Shown: piece after piece, positions 25,968 through 39,113 of the stretch
Layout: each line of letters starts with the position of its first letter
How positions within the stretch are numbered: the stretch's first letter is position 1
NCBI RefSeq assembly: GCF_016433145.1
Contig: NC_058132.1
Location: 88,270,260 to 88,334,259 of the forward strand
Direction: 5' to 3'
Origin: Gracilinanus agilis
Lineage: Eukaryota
DNA: 64,000 bases
The notes under the pieces: generated by a model
What the model saw: the letters and a program-made list of their open reading frames with translations, nothing else
Told to the model about the DNA's origin: nothing
Databases searched by the model: none
Made by a program: the position numbers and the translations under genes

Positions 25968-26790
25968 ACCTGTGGTGTATTGGCTTGCCAAGCCTTTGGA
26001 GTGCATTTTCACCCAACTCTCATCTATGGCTCTAAGACACTATAGTGCAATGATGGTGAATCTTTTAGAGACAGAGTGCTGTGCCCACCATTCTCCAGAG
26101 ACCATGTGCCATGCCCTGGCCACCCACTGAATTCTGGGTGCACCCTGCCTTCTTCCCCTTACCCCACACAGTGGAGGGAGGAAGTGCTCCCATTGGGCTG
26201 CTGGGCAGAAGGGCAGATGAAGTGAGGAATGTCCTTAGCAAGTGTAGACAGGAGGAGAGGCGCAGCTCTGCCCGAGTCCTTCTGCCTTTCTAGTAATGAA
26301 CTCTGGGGAGAGGGGGCAGCGAGTGTGCCCACAAATTGTGCTCTGTGTGCCATCTTTGGCATCTGTTCCATACGTTTGCCATCACTGCTATAGTATGCAG
26401 AATGGCCATACCCTAGTAAAACTGCCTCAGCAGGCTGAGACAAGCCTCAAACCCATGGGTAAGTTAGGGGATTGTCTACCCCAAATATGTGAAGATTTTC
26501 CCTGGTGGAATTGGTGGATGAGAACAATTTATTCCAAGTGTCATGGAGTGAGCACTATGGAGGGCTTAGAACTTGTTCACACATCAAAGATGCCTCCCTC
26601 ATCCACTGCATCCTGGACCAACATCAGTCATCCTGACTTTTGTCTTGCCACTGGATTTTTATAACTCAAGGAGCCTGAGGTGGATAACTTTGTGTTACTT
26701 TTCCTCACTTAAATTCAATCCACACAGGAGTCAAGACATCACCCTGTGACATCATTGATACTTTTCAAAATGAAGGACAAAGAATAACAG
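25968..26790 (+). mobile_element. Marsupial non-LTR repeat (RTE-associated SINE/WALLSI-like), split by the hAT1 MITE
   Basis: Sequence is contiguous across the MITE TSD and ends in GTCAAGACATCACCC...AAAATGAAGGACAAAGAATAAC. The family name is from recall. Confidence 0.45.
26048..26387 (+). mobile_element. hAT1-type MITE, 340 bp
   Basis: TIRs CAATGATGGTGAA/TTTGCCATCACTG (consensus CAGTGATGGCGAA); TSD CTATAGTG/CTATAGTA (7/8). Confidence 0.85.
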
Positions 26791-26963
26791 TATGGGATGA
26801 GCAGATGCTCACTTTTACCTGAGGTTTCAGCCACCTATCGTATGTATATTGGAACATATTCCCTTCAAATATGGGGGAACCCTCTGTAGTGTGTTTATGC
26901 CCATTTTATGTGACTGGATTTATTATTATGTGGCAATGGTGGTTGGGTGGTATTGGTGTAGAG

Positions 26964-27155
26964 CAGTGATTCCCAAAGTGGGCGCCCCCACCCCCTGGTG
27001 GGTGCTGCAGCGATCCAGGGGGGCAGTGATGGCCACAGGTACATTTATCTTTCCTATTAATTGCTATTAAAATCAAAAAACATTAATTTCCAGGGGGCTA
27101 AGTAATATTTTTTCTGGAAAGGGGGTGGTAGGCCAAAAAAGTTTGGGAACCACTG
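26964..27155 (+). mobile_element. hAT MITE, family A copy 3, 192 bp
   Basis: TIRs CAGTGATTCCCAAA/TTTGGGAACCACTG and a perfect TSD GTGTAGAG. Confidence 0.92.
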
Positions 27156-28901
27156 GTGTAGAGGGTGCAGCTGGTATGTTAGCGTTCTTAAAGAATTACA
27201 CACAGGCAAGAAAAGTGACTAAGTAATCAATAAATAAGCATTTCTTAAGTGACTATTATGTGCCAGACATCATGCTAATGGCTAAAAGAAAGAGGACATC
27301 AATAACTGACTTTTGTGAACAAAGAATCAGCCGTGCAGCAACGTGCAGACATTGCTTCTCACTGCTTTATGCTCTCTTCTCCCTTTTAGTTTGTAGATTT
27401 TATCAAGCCATATTATGATACAAGTATTTTATGCTCCTTTCTTAGCCTAGGCCTTTCAGTTCCATGTGGTCAGTCAGTCAAAAAATATTTCCTAGGTGCC
27501 TACTATATGCCTTCTATTACTTTCCAGAGTTTATATTCTAGGAAAAGTTAGGAGTCCAATCACAGAAGTTCAGAGGTTCCAGTCTGGAAGAATTCCTAAC
27601 ATTTACATAGAGGTTGGGTTCTACCCTGACTTAAATTTATGTTTATCTCTAAATAACTCATGGCCCCTTTATAAAGGATAAAGCAAAACTCAGACGATAA
27701 AAATACTTAAAAAGCCAGCAGAATATATTATAGAATGAATTAACAGACAGGTATCAGGAGGGGAATTGGGAAAAGAGCAGATCTGTTCTTGGAATTTCCC
27801 TCAATTCTTGAAGAGGAGATATAACTGGTGGATTCATCCTATGTCTTCTGTATTCTGAGATTCCCACAGGAGTTAATGGTCCTCCTTGATTTCTACCTCA
27901 TCCCCTATTTTTTATTTCTACTTTTCCTTGTTTCCCCTGTGTCAGAATGTTTCTAAGCTAGCTAAGACTTGGGCAGAACTGGGAAGGCTGATCCTTTGTT
28001 CCCAAAAGTCAGTTATTGACATCCTCTTTCTTCTAGCCCTTAGCACAATGTCTGGCATATAGAAGGCACTTAAGAAATGCTTATTTATTGATTCCTTAGT
28101 CACTTTACTTGCCTGTGTGTATCTCTTTAAGAACTCTGGCATATCAGTTCTAGCCTCAGACACTGACTAGCTGTGAGACTGGGCAAGTCACTTAACACCA
28201 CTTACCTAGCTTGCCATCTTTCTTAAAGTTGACACTAAGGGAGAAAGTATGGGTTGAAAAAAAAAAGACTGGAGTATGACTGACTAATTCTGTCATTGTC
28301 TCTGGGATCTCTATAGTGCCAAATTGTTCTCAAAGACAAAGAGAGTTATGCTAGTTCCTTTGAAGTATAAATCCCAAAATGTTAGTCAGTTTTTCAAGCC
28401 CTAGCACAAGGGGCATTTGAAAGCTTAAATTAAATTATAGTCATTCTATTTTTGCTTAAAAGAAAATAGTGGTTTATGATTACAACTTCTTTGAAACTAA
28501 GTCCTTGCCCAGGAATGAACCCTTCTTCTCTTCCTTCTGGGAATTTCATTTCTATGTGAAAATATAATCTGGTATATGATATAATTCACATTATGACTCT
28601 TTCAAGGAATTATTTGCTATGAAAACCTGGGCTAATGTAAAAATCATAGTATTCGTAGAGAAAAAGTAGAATCTAAGGAAATGTATGCAAGATGTTATGA
28701 ATCAGTAAATTAATCTATGAGAAGTTTGTCTGCTCAGAAATGATGTTCCATATTCTCCAAAACACCCTGTATGTTAGTATTTACACAAATGGTAGCCACC
28801 AGTATCTTTGTGTTAATCTTCTAAAACTAACATTTAAAGGCACAAAGAAGGTCATGGGATGATGCTGTATGCAACTGATGTTTTTATCCAGCTTCCACTG
28901 T

Positions 28902-29846
28902 TCAGAGTTTAGTCACAGAGAATAACCTGATGAGCCTCCGACGGATCTCCTTTGTCTTGATGGAATAGATGACAGGATTGAGCATGGGAGGGACAAAGAG
29001 GTAGACAAGGGACATTAGTGTGTGCACAAATGGTGGTGCAGATCTTCCATAGCGGTGAACCATGGATACACTCACCATGGGCACATAGAAGATAAGTACT
29101 GCGCATATGTGAGACACGCACGTATTGAGTGTTTTAAGTCGTTCTTCTTGGGAGGCGATAGCCAGCACAGAGTAGAGGATAAGAATATAGGAGAGGAGGA
29201 TGAGGGCAGAATCTAGAACAAAGGTGGAGATAACAATGCACAGGCCAAAGACATTATTTATAGTAATGTCCCCACAGGGTAGACGGATAAGGTCTGGGTG
29301 TAGGCAGTAAGCATGGGACAGGATGTTGGCTTTGCAGAAGGGCAGACGCTTCAGGAGGAAAGGCATTGGAAAAACCACACAGAAACTGCGAATACCAATG
29401 AAGAGGCTCATTTGTGCCACTCGGGCATCAGTGAGAATGGTAGAATACCTCAGTGGGTTGCAGATAGCTACATAACGATCAAAGCTCATGGCCAATAGGA
29501 TCCCAGACTCCATGAAAGAGAAGAGATGGATGAAGAACATCTGGGCCATACAGGCATCAAAAGTAATCTCCTGGGTATGGAAGCAGAAAGTGGCCAGCAC
29601 TGAGGGCAGTGTGGATAAGGACACACCAAGGTCATTGACTGAAAGCAGAGACAAGAAGTAATACATGGGTTGGTGCAGACTTTGCTCCTCTTTGACAATG
29701 AAGAGAATCAGGCTATTTCCCACAATAGAGACTGTGTAAAAGGCCCCAAGCAGCAGGAACATCCAGTGTTGGGAGGCTTCAAGCCCTGGGAGGCCAGTCA
29801 GGGTGAAGGAAGGTAACTCTGTGCTATTAGTTGTAGAATTTCCCAT
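28902..29846 (-). CDS. Class I olfactory receptor, OR51 family (OR51K-like, subfamily uncertain), intact, 314 aa
   Basis: Full 7TM OR with LTGLPGLE, EEQSLHQPMYYFLS, MSFDRYVAICNPLRY, ASQEERLKTLNTCVSH, PPMLNPVIYSIKTKEIR. A splice acceptor lies just upstream (29867-29869). Confidence 0.88.
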   Translation of the reverse strand: MGNSTTNSTELPSFTLTGLPGLEASQHWMFLLLGAFYTVSIVGNSLILFIVKEEQSLHQPMYYFLSLLSVNDLGVSLSTLPSVLATFCFHTQEITFDACMAQMFFIHLFSFMESGILLAMSFDRYVAICNPLRYSTILTDARVAQMSLFIGIRSFCVVFPMPFLLKRLPFCKANILSHAYCLHPDLIRLPCGDITINNVFGLCIVISTFVLDSALILLSYILILYSVLAIASQEERLKTLNTCVSHICAVLIFYVPMVSVSMVHRYGRSAPPFVHTLMSLVYLFVPPMLNPVIYSIKTKEIRRRLIRLFSVTKL

Positions 29847-29866
29847 AATGGAAGTTTTTTTTCAGG

Positions 29867-29910
29867 CTATAGGGTCAAATTTTATAAAAAGGAAAGGAAG
29901 GGGTGGGTCA
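29867..29910 (-). promoter_or_regulatory. Splice acceptor of the OR51K-like coding exon
   Basis: Minus strand reads CCCCTTCCTTTCCTTTTT...GACCCTATAG|, 20 nt before the ATG. Confidence 0.6.
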
Positions 29911-30417
29911 TTGATTACATCCCTCATTCTGACATTCAAGACTTCCATAATATAAAACTGTTTTATTCAAAGTTATAGCTTACTCTATTGCTCAGCATAT
30001 ACTTTCTACTATATTCAGGTAGGTCTCCTCAACATTCTCTGTCCTCTCCTTGATAATACTTAGAATAACTTCCCTTTGCCTTTCAGTTAATCTTTGTCCA
30101 CAACCTTCTTTAAGGCAGATTCACAACTTAATCCAGGAATCTAAGAATAATAAGGAAATCTTTCCTGTTAACCCTAATCTCTATGGATCTCTTGGCTTTT
30201 TCTGATTGATTATAGTAACTGATAATAAATAATTATAACAATGACAAACTATTAAAATAGTGCTTTGTTTGCAACCATTGTCTGTGTCTTTATATTCCTC
30301 CAATTCCCTCATTCCCTTTTTCCTACTAAATCTCTTTGGCTCAATACTCAAGAACATGGAACAGCAATTTCTCTTGCCTAGTCTTTATCTCTACTTTGGC
30401 CTCCTCCTCTCCTTTCT

Positions 30418-30635
30418 NNNNNNNNNNNNNNNNNNNNNNNNNNNNNNNNNNNNNNNNNNNNNNNNNNNNNNNNNNNNNNNNNNNNNNNNNNNNNNNNNNN
30501 NNNNNNNNNNNNNNNNNNNNNNNNNNNNNNNNNNNNNNNNNNNNNNNNNNNNNNNNNNNNNNNNNNNNNNNNNNNNNNNNNNNNNNNNNNNNNNNNNNNN
30601 NNNNNNNNNNNNNNNNNNNNNNNNNNNNNNNNNNN
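30418..30635. other. Assembly gap (218 N) inside a pyrimidine microsatellite
   Basis: Run of N. Confidence 1.
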
Positions 30636-31129
30636 TTCTTGTTCTTGTTCTTGTTCTTCTTCTTCTTCTTCTTCTTCTTCTTCTTCTTCTTCTTCTTCTT
30701 CTTTCTTCTTCCTCCTCTTCCTCTTCCCCTTTCCTCTTTTCCCTCCCATTTCTCTTTGTTATCAATGTATTCTTGTTCCCCCTTGCTCTCCTTGTCTCTT
30801 CTCCCTCTTATGTCTCCCTTAGTTCTTTTTTTTTCTTTTCCTTCTCTGCTTTTCTCCTTTCCTCATGCTTCTTCCAGAACCATAGAAAGTCACAACTTGA
30901 CTGTTTATTTATGCTCTAATAGACCTTTACCTCAAATTTTTTCTAAGGTTGGGAAAAGTGAAAGCTACTTCTGCCACCTGAATTTCTGAAATTCCCATGG
31001 CTAGGATAGGGTAGAAATTCTTAAACAAGCTGAGTTAGTTATGTCAACAAAAATTTGCTCATAAAATTATGAGAATATCCTCAAAAATATGGTTCATAAA
31101 ATTATAGTTATTGAAACTCAGAACTAGAA

Positions 31130-32040
31130 TTATAGAATCTCAGAATTATAGAGGTGGAAGGGACTTTAGTGACCATTTATTCCAACTCATAACCTCATAT
31201 GAATCTCCTCTTCACCATACCTGAAAAGTAATCATCCAAATATTGCTTTAAGATGCCTAATGAGGCGAACCCCATTATCTCCACCAGCTTTTGAATAACT
31301 TGAATAATGAAAGTTTCCTTATAGCAAACATGTCTTCCATTAATTATTTTTTTCTTCTTGATCTAAGCAGAACAAGAATAATTTCTTTTCCACATGGCAG
31401 ATAGTCTTTTGATCACTTAAAGACAGATATCATCCCTATTTTCTCTTCCTCATGTAAATACCACTAGTTTTTAAACTGAACCTCACGTGACCTGAACTTG
31501 AGATCACTTGCCATCCTGTTTATTATTTTCTAGATGTACCATATCTTATTAATATCCTTACTAAGCTCTGATGGGAAGAACTGAACACAATACCTATGAT
31601 ATAGATATAATCTAACCTGAGAACAATAAGAATATCACTTCCTTCCTAAAACACTATGCCTCTTGTAATGTAGCCTATAATCAATTAACTTTTTTTGGTT
31701 GCCATATTGTACTATTGCTCATATTCACTTGAAGTCTACTAAAATCCCCAGTTCTTTTTTTCATATGAATTGCTATTTATGCTTCAGCAACATAATTATA
31801 CTTGTGAAGGTATTTTTTAACTGGAGTGTAAGATTTTAATTTTTCCATTATTAAATTACATCTTATTTCATGTTTGTCCATCAAATTTTCTTTTGATTCT
31901 GAGTGTTATTCAAACTTAGTTGTCTTTTCTTACTTTTTGCATTTATCCATTTGATAAGCATTTCATCTATGATTTTATCCATGATTCTGATTAAAATGTT
32001 AAGCAGTATAGAGCCAAGTTTATATTCCTGGATCACTCTA
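31130..32040 (-). mobile_element. L3/CR1 LINE 3' fragment
   Basis: AGAATTATAGA..GGAAGGGACTTTAG CR1-type 3' end. Other L3 pieces lie at about 12380-13060, 13680-14300, 34440-35180, 53130-53280 and 54330-54960. Confidence 0.7.
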
Positions 32041-32428
32041 CTAGGGAACTCTATCCATCCCTTCCCATTTTAATCCATCCTTCATGTATTATCAAAGTGA
32101 TTTTCCTAAAGCCTCAAGTTTAACCATGTTATTGTTGTTCTCATTAAGCTCCATCAGTCACCCATTACCTCTGGAATAGAAATTCTTAGCCTTTTTTTCT
32201 CTCGTAGACCCCTTTTGGTAGTTTGGTGAAGCAAAATTAAAATTGAGTATCTATGAGTTGTTTTCTGTTCTCAGTTATCCTTCAATGTAACCCAAAACAC
32301 AGGCATCTAGCAGTGGGCAGACAAAACAAAACAAAACAAAATAAAATAAGCCTTTTGTAGTCCTTAACTTTCCTCATCATGCTCATCTCATTCTAGGAGT
32401 TAATAGTTCTTGTTCTCATCAGATAGAT

Positions 32429-32617
32429 CAGAGGTCGGCAACGTATGGCTCTCGAGCCAGATATGGCTCTTTTGAGGGCCAGATATGGCTCTTTCTGCAG
32501 GAGCCATAAAGTCATTTTTTTTCAGGCACTGTTACAGGAGTGGCACTGTGAGCACTGTATGGCTCTCATGAAATTACATATTAAAAAATGTGGCGTTTGT
32601 GGCTCTCACAGCCAAAA
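32429..32617 (+). mobile_element. hAT MITE, family B copy 2 (runs into a gap)
   Basis: Starts CAGAGGTCGGCAAC; collinear and highly similar to 19862-20070. Confidence 0.88.
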
Positions 32618-32800
32618 NNNNNNNNNNNNNNNNNNNNNNNNNNNNNNNNNNNNNNNNNNNNNNNNNNNNNNNNNNNNNNNNNNNNNNNNNNNNNNNNNNN
32701 NNNNNNNNNNNNNNNNNNNNNNNNNNNNNNNNNNNNNNNNNNNNNNNNNNNNNNNNNNNNNNNNNNNNNNNNNNNNNNNNNNNNNNNNNNNNNNNNNNNN
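32618..32800. other. Assembly gap (183 N)
   Basis: Run of N. Confidence 1.
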
Positions 32801-34087
32801 AGCCCAACTGGTGTATGAACAGGAATCATTTCCAGAATAACCCCAAGTTGTCATGCAATCTCTGCTTAAATTTTTCTTATATAGAGAAATATTTCAAGAA
32901 TCCAGTCCAGTTTTGCACAATTATGATTGTTGCCAACTCTTCTCTTACCTTGATTTGAAATCTCTTTTTCCTCTGCAACTTCCACCTATTTTTGTCCAGT
33001 TCTCTTCCCTTCCAAGAGGTAAGTCCTCTTGCACAGAACAATAGTTCTTATGTTTGCAGAAAGCAATCTTTTCTACTCTTTTCCCACCACCCCAAGTCTT
33101 CTTTCTCTAAGGTCATAATCCCCATTAACTTCAATGAAGCTTCATATATCATGGCTGCCAAGACCCTTATCCTAGACATTCTTCCCACCTAACTATGCTC
33201 CATCTTCTTACGTCCCTTCTAACATATAGTGCCCAGATATGAAGATGCCAATTTACCTTACATGTGGAGATTTTTCTGTCCTTTAACTGCTATGGCTTCA
33301 GAATCCCATTCCTACCTCCTTCTCTCTTTCAGTCTGGGCCTATAGTCTTTATCTATATTCCTAGAATGTAGATTAGGTATCAGCTTCATTTCTAGGTGAA
33401 ACACAGTCTCTTTTTTCTTTGGGTATTATTCTAGCATTACCTCTGTCTGGTCCATATGGATATAAACAGCTGCTATATTTTTAAGACTTAAAGCCAAATT
33501 TTTTTTATTGTTTCCTTCCTGGGAAGATTTCAGAAAAAGACTTTTCAGTTTTAATTTAAATAAAACTGGACAACTTCAATTCTGTGAATGTAGTTTATGG
33601 TTGCCTTTTCCTTAGCCTTTATTCCAGCTATTCTTTATCCCTGGAATCCTCTCATTATCTACTCACTTCTCTATTGGTCAAAATACATTATATATTTAAA
33701 GCTGAGTTTAAATGCTCTTTTACCTTTGAAACCTTCCATGATTCTCCAACCAGAAGCACTCTGACATGTGTAACTCTGTAACTATTAGTGTTGTACATAA
33801 ATGGAATTGGCTATTTACTATTGAGCTTTTCATCACTAATTAGAAATTGGATAATGACCTATGAGGAATCCTATAGAAGGGCATTTTGCATTGCATAGGG
33901 ACTGATCTAGATGATCATTAAAGGTCTTTTGAATTTTTATTACATATCCTGTAATGATAAGAGAAGGTTTTAACTCCAGAAACCTCCAAGACTGTCTCCT
34001 GTCAGTCAAGAAGCTGGTACTGAGGTTCTCCAGATAGGGATCATGACCCTGTGGTTAAGGGGTGTTTAGGGGGATGGAGGAATCAAG

Positions 34088-34230
34088 ACTTACCTACTTC
34101 ATTGGACAGATCTGGCAAGGATGGAAGGTCTACAATTGTCCAAACCAACCCTACTCAGACTCTACTGACTCTGAGTGTCCCAAGCTTTATAGGGATGCCT
34201 CTAGAGAGTCCCCAGATGCACAATTACAGA
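34088..34230 (-). promoter_or_regulatory. Candidate promoter / first exon of the OR51K-like gene
   Basis: On the minus strand: homeodomain site TAATTG (34221-34226), adjacent O/E-like TCCCCAGA (34209-34216), TATAAA (34186-34191), then a perfect donor AG|GTAAGT (34088-34095). Confidence 0.55.
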
Positions 34231-35349
34231 GATATTTAAGGAATAGGAGCAGGAAATAAACATAAAGTGAGGGAGAGGTCTGTGGTACCTTGGGATCTAT
34301 CAGGTAAGAACTATAGCTTGGGATTTCTTAGTCTCCAACCTCAGCTAGTAATCCCCAGTCATCCAGTTAGGCAGTAGATCATGTCTCCAAGCTATGTCTT
34401 TTTCAGAAGAGTCAGGCAGAATTAAGTCACTGATATTCAAAGAATCTCAAAATTCTATGGGACCTCAGAGGGCATTTAGTTTAACTTATACCTGAAGAGG
34501 GATTCTATCTACAGTATGCCAAGTAGTCAGGTCACCTATGCTTGAATACCTCTGATAAAGGGAACCCATAGCATCCTAATGCAGCCATTTCAGCAATGGA
34601 AAGCTGTAATTATTTTTTTTTCCTTATAATGAGATAAAAACTGCCTCTGCAGTTTCTATCCATTGTTTCTCATTCTGCCTTCTGGAGCCAAGCAGAACAA
34701 AGCTAATGTCTCTTCCATGCAACAGCTCTATCTCCACCCCTTTATTCCCATCTACTTTCTTCAGCTGTTCTTTCTATAGCATGGTGTCCAGTCCCCTCAT
34801 TATCCTAGTCTACCTCCTGCAGACTTCTGCATCTTGTAGATGTAATTCATTCAGCCTCTTTTGTTGAGTCCTGATAGTGACCAACAGAACATGCGTGAGA
34901 GAAGTCAGACTGTTTTAAAAGGCTACTTCTATAACTCAGCAGACAGGTGGGTATCATTTAGGAGGATGAGCAATCTTATACAACAGCTGCATTATGGGGA
35001 TATTCTTCCCCAGTGGGCCTCCAGGGTAGGCCATGTGTTTGAATCCCTATGAAATGGTCAGACATCTTTCAGAATGCTATGTGAGTGACAGTTTGGAATT
35101 TATACTTCATTTGAAGTAAAGACTGAGTCTGTCTAGTGGGTCTAAGAGTTACAGTCAGTTAAGAATGGGTATAAGCTCTTGGAGCTTCTCAGTGGAAATC
35201 TCAAAGCATGAAAGTCAGCAGACAACTTAAAGTACCAGGAATGACTTGGTGAAGTTCTAGGTCACCAGCCTGGCCCACCTTTGTTTCACAAAAGAAAATG
35301 GCGTCAAGGACACTTTCTATTGAGTGATTTGAATAATTATAGTGAAGGG

Positions 35350-35414
<65 letters not shown>

Positions 35415-36329
35415 AAAATTGTAGGGTAAAAGTTACAAAAGGAAGTAGCACTCTTTTGGCCTTTGTAACTAGGACATGGAAAATTACATGGGGTATGAAC
35501 CTCTGGATTTCCTTATTACCAGTACAAGAGCTATTTCCTTTCCCCTTTATTGCTTCCCTCCTCAGAATTTGAATCACTGCTCAGAACCTTTGGGTCCTAT
35601 GTTCATCGGCTCAGATAATGGGAGAAAGTTGAAACTGGAATAAAATAAAAGCAATTTAAAGTCAAGTAAAAGTAAAATATAGCAAATATTCAGTAAGTGA
35701 AATAAAAATAAAAGTCTTAGAATCACAGTATCTCATATTTGGAAGGTATTGCCAAATGAGTAGAATGTAAAAATGTGCAGTGGGAACTGCCTTATTCAAA
35801 CTACAAAGAATAATGGTAGTGATAATGAATTATCTTTGTCAGCATATTTAATGGAGTGACCCTTTTAAGAGAATCAAATCATTTTTCCAGGGGCATATCT
35901 GTTTCTGATTAAAAAAAAATGGTTGCTGAGAATTAAACAGGTCAACTGTTCCCTTATCTGGGACATAGTTTAGTCTATAGTTCTGAGAGAAGCATCAGGT
36001 TAAGTCTGATTCAGAATTCTGAGACAGAGGTTGTTGCTCTTTTGAACATAACAAGCTATAGAATTCTAGAAGGAATGGAAAACAGAATATGTTAGTGATT
36101 TGCATAAAGAATGTTTAAATTAATAACTGGGGAAATATATATATATGTATATAAACTGTTCTGTAGTTATGAGACAGATGTAATGTACATGATCATAGAA
36201 GACAAAAATTTGGTTACTAACCAAAACTCTTGTGTACCATCAATTCTTGCTGGGCAGCTCTGCAGAAATAGAGCCTGTAATACTCTCTACTGCCATCTGC
36301 TGCTGAGAAGAAAATGATTTGGAATGTAT

Positions 36330-37270
36330 TTTGACAGTTACTTGTCTGCTCATTTTTCCTACCTTTTTTATAGGTAAGCTGTGTTTTCTGTGAGGTTAGT
36401 GTACCATCTTAAGCTTTAGTCCTTCCTTGATGCTTCTGTTAGCTTTTATTCTGGGTTTCTGTCAGTTTCAGTTCTTCTAAGGTGGTATGATGGCCTAAGG
36501 GCCAGGAGCTCTGAGGGCATCTTCCCACTGCTGATTCAATTAACCCTTGAGATGGTGATAGCTTAAAGACTTGCCTCAGACTTGGACATAAGCTTTTGTT
36601 CTTATTCTGAGCTTGATCAGGTCAGGAACTGCTCAGATTTTAGCTTCAGGCTTAGGTGTAAGTTTTTGGTCTCACTGTGTACTTGATCTAATCAGGCACA
36701 TAGTTGATTGCCCTGTCCAGGAGCTCTGCACTGAATTTTTGTCAGAAAGATCTGGATTCTCTTTGGTTCTACCAACTACCTCAAACTGGGATCTATGTCC
36801 TCACCCTAAATCCATACTGGGACTCCTGGCTTCACTCTGGGCCCACACAGAACAGCTCACTTCAGCACTGATTGCCCTGGGCTAGGATTCCTGAATTCCC
36901 CAGTTTTAGAATTTCAAGGAGTATAGGTTGGTTGGGCCTCTATCTTGCCCAGGCTGGATCTCAGGATCTAGATACTGGCTTGGGCTTAAGTTTTGAACCT
37001 GGAACAGCTAATGTGGGATGGTGGAATGTGGCTTGCTCTTCACTCCTTGCTATAACCTCTTGCTGGCTCTGCTCCACACTCTGCCCCCTGTGCTCCAAAT
37101 GTTCTCTGCCTACCTTTTGGGTTTTCTTTTCTTGATACTTATTTCACTTTGTCTCCTTGTTGGTTCTTTTATTCCTGTATTCATTTTGTGGTGTTATTTT
37201 AATATTGGTTGGAGAGGATTCTCATAGTGACTCTGAGCTTCTTTGCTCTGCTCTCTTGGCTCTACTCCCA
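36330..37270 (-). mobile_element. Degenerate L1 5'UTR
   Basis: The minus strand begins GGGAGTAGAGCCAAGAG.., resembling the GGGGCGGAGCCAAGATGGCG start of marsupial L1. Confidence 0.55.
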
Positions 37271-38340
37271 GACCATTTGTCCAAAATGGAAGCTACAAAA
37301 ATTCATCATGGAATGTTTATGATAACTCTATTAATTTGGATTTACTCATATATCTTTAACAGATTTAGTTGGGGAACCATTGAATATGAAATTTAATGAG
37401 AGAATATTAAATGATGGAACACTGATAAGTAATTATATATATATTTTTTGATAAGTAATTATATTAATCTATGCACATTGGATTTTTAAAAACAATGGAT
37501 TTCAATTTTAGTAACTACAAAAATAGACAACACTTCCAAATAAGGATATCAGATTTTATTAAAAGCGTTCAGAGGGATTTAATTGTATTGTTATTTAGAG
37601 TAATTTAAGAATAATCCTATAACAAAAACTGATACACAATAATGATAATAGTGATAATAGTAACTAGCATTCATGTAGCACTTTAAGATTTTAAAAGTGT
37701 TTTTTAAATATTGTATTATCAAATACAACAGTTCTAGGAGATAGGTATTATTATTATCCCCGTATTACATATGAGGAAACTGAGGCAGACAGAGATTAAG
37801 TGATTTCCCAGGGTCACACAGATATAAAATATTTGAAGCTGTATTTTAACTCAGGTCTTCCCAAATCTATTGTACCCTATCTGCATTAAGAAGTCACCTG
37901 ACTCTAGAGACTCTATAGGGCAATTGCTCTCATGGCTTTCTAGATACTCTAACTAGTACAACTTTTCTGAAACATGGTCTTTGAGAAGAATACACAAATG
38001 AAATATAAAGGCAGCATCCAGTCCAATCTGTTTTAGTTCAGGTCAGTCCATTCTATCTAGTCCAGCCCAATCCCCCATCTGGTACAGTCTGGTTCAACCC
38101 AAATCAGTCTAGTCCAGTTCAGTCTTGATTCAGTTTGTTTCAATCATGTCCAATCTAGACTGATACAAACTAGTTCATTCTGGACCAAGCCAGTCCAATC
38201 TGATCTATAAAGCTATGTTAGACTGTGTTTCATTAAATGGGGCCCAGAGATTTGACTCAAGATAAATACTGTCAATAGTTCAGGGCAATTAATGAAATGC
38301 TATACTATATCCTCCACTACTGTAACACTTATTTCACGAT

Positions 38341-39110
38341 TGTAAAAAGGTGATTTTAGGGGATGGGACTAGATGGTTAATATAGGTCAGTATCAGAAGA
38401 TTTAACAGGTTTAGGAAGGCTAACAGAACCAGTGTTAATAGGTTAACTGTGGGTTGATAGACTGATGGCACCCCATTCCAGGAAGAGCCTGTCCTGAGGT
38501 AACTTAACACACAGACCACTCAATAAAAGTGATAGATGTTGGGTTTATTATAATAAGGAAAGGTGGAAAGGGAATTTGGATAACCCTACACTAATAATAT
38601 CAACTACCTAAACCCCCAGATCTAAATATCTTATCACCAAGAGTCTTCACAGAGTTTGATCTCTACGCTGATCTCCCTATCTAATATATGTTATAAAAAA
38701 GAATATAAATAATCTGAGTAAGGTCAAATGAAAATGCAAATTGGGTGTGAGGAAGGATAAAGGGTGATATAGGAGATTATAAGGTGATTGGAGGAGGAAT
38801 GAAGGTAAGGGAAGATATATTGGAGATAAAGGAAAAGGTATGTAGGAGAGGGCAGCTCAAACAGGTTTATTCCCAGAGGTTTGAGGCAGAGGATACAGGG
38901 AGGAAATTAGGGCCAGTCAGAAATGTTTAGGTTTGACTGGAGGGTTTCTCTTGTTATTTTCTCCAGTCTCTCAAGGGAGGAGTAGAGAGGGCCCCTCCCT
39001 GCCAGTCAAACTGATGGCTGGAGGAAGTCTTGAAGGTGGGTAAATACCTGCGAAGATGGATGCCCGAGTTTTCTCAAGAAATAAAAGAAAATGATTCCTT
39101 CCTCTTGAGC
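38341..39110 (-). mobile_element. ERV solo LTR a (may resume at about 39753-39890)
   Basis: Abrupt TGT terminus, minus-strand AATAAA (plus TTTATT near 38545), and purine-skewed LTR-like composition. Confidence 0.6.
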
Positions 39111-39113
39111 CCT

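Larger units (their letters stand above)
25628..26886 (+). mobile_element. Possible Tigger/MER47-like MITE with nested insertions
   Basis: TA|CAGTAGGGTCTCTTTATCTG at the left and GGAACATATTCCC..GGGGGAACCTCTG|TA at the right. The TIRs are degenerate. Confidence 0.4.
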
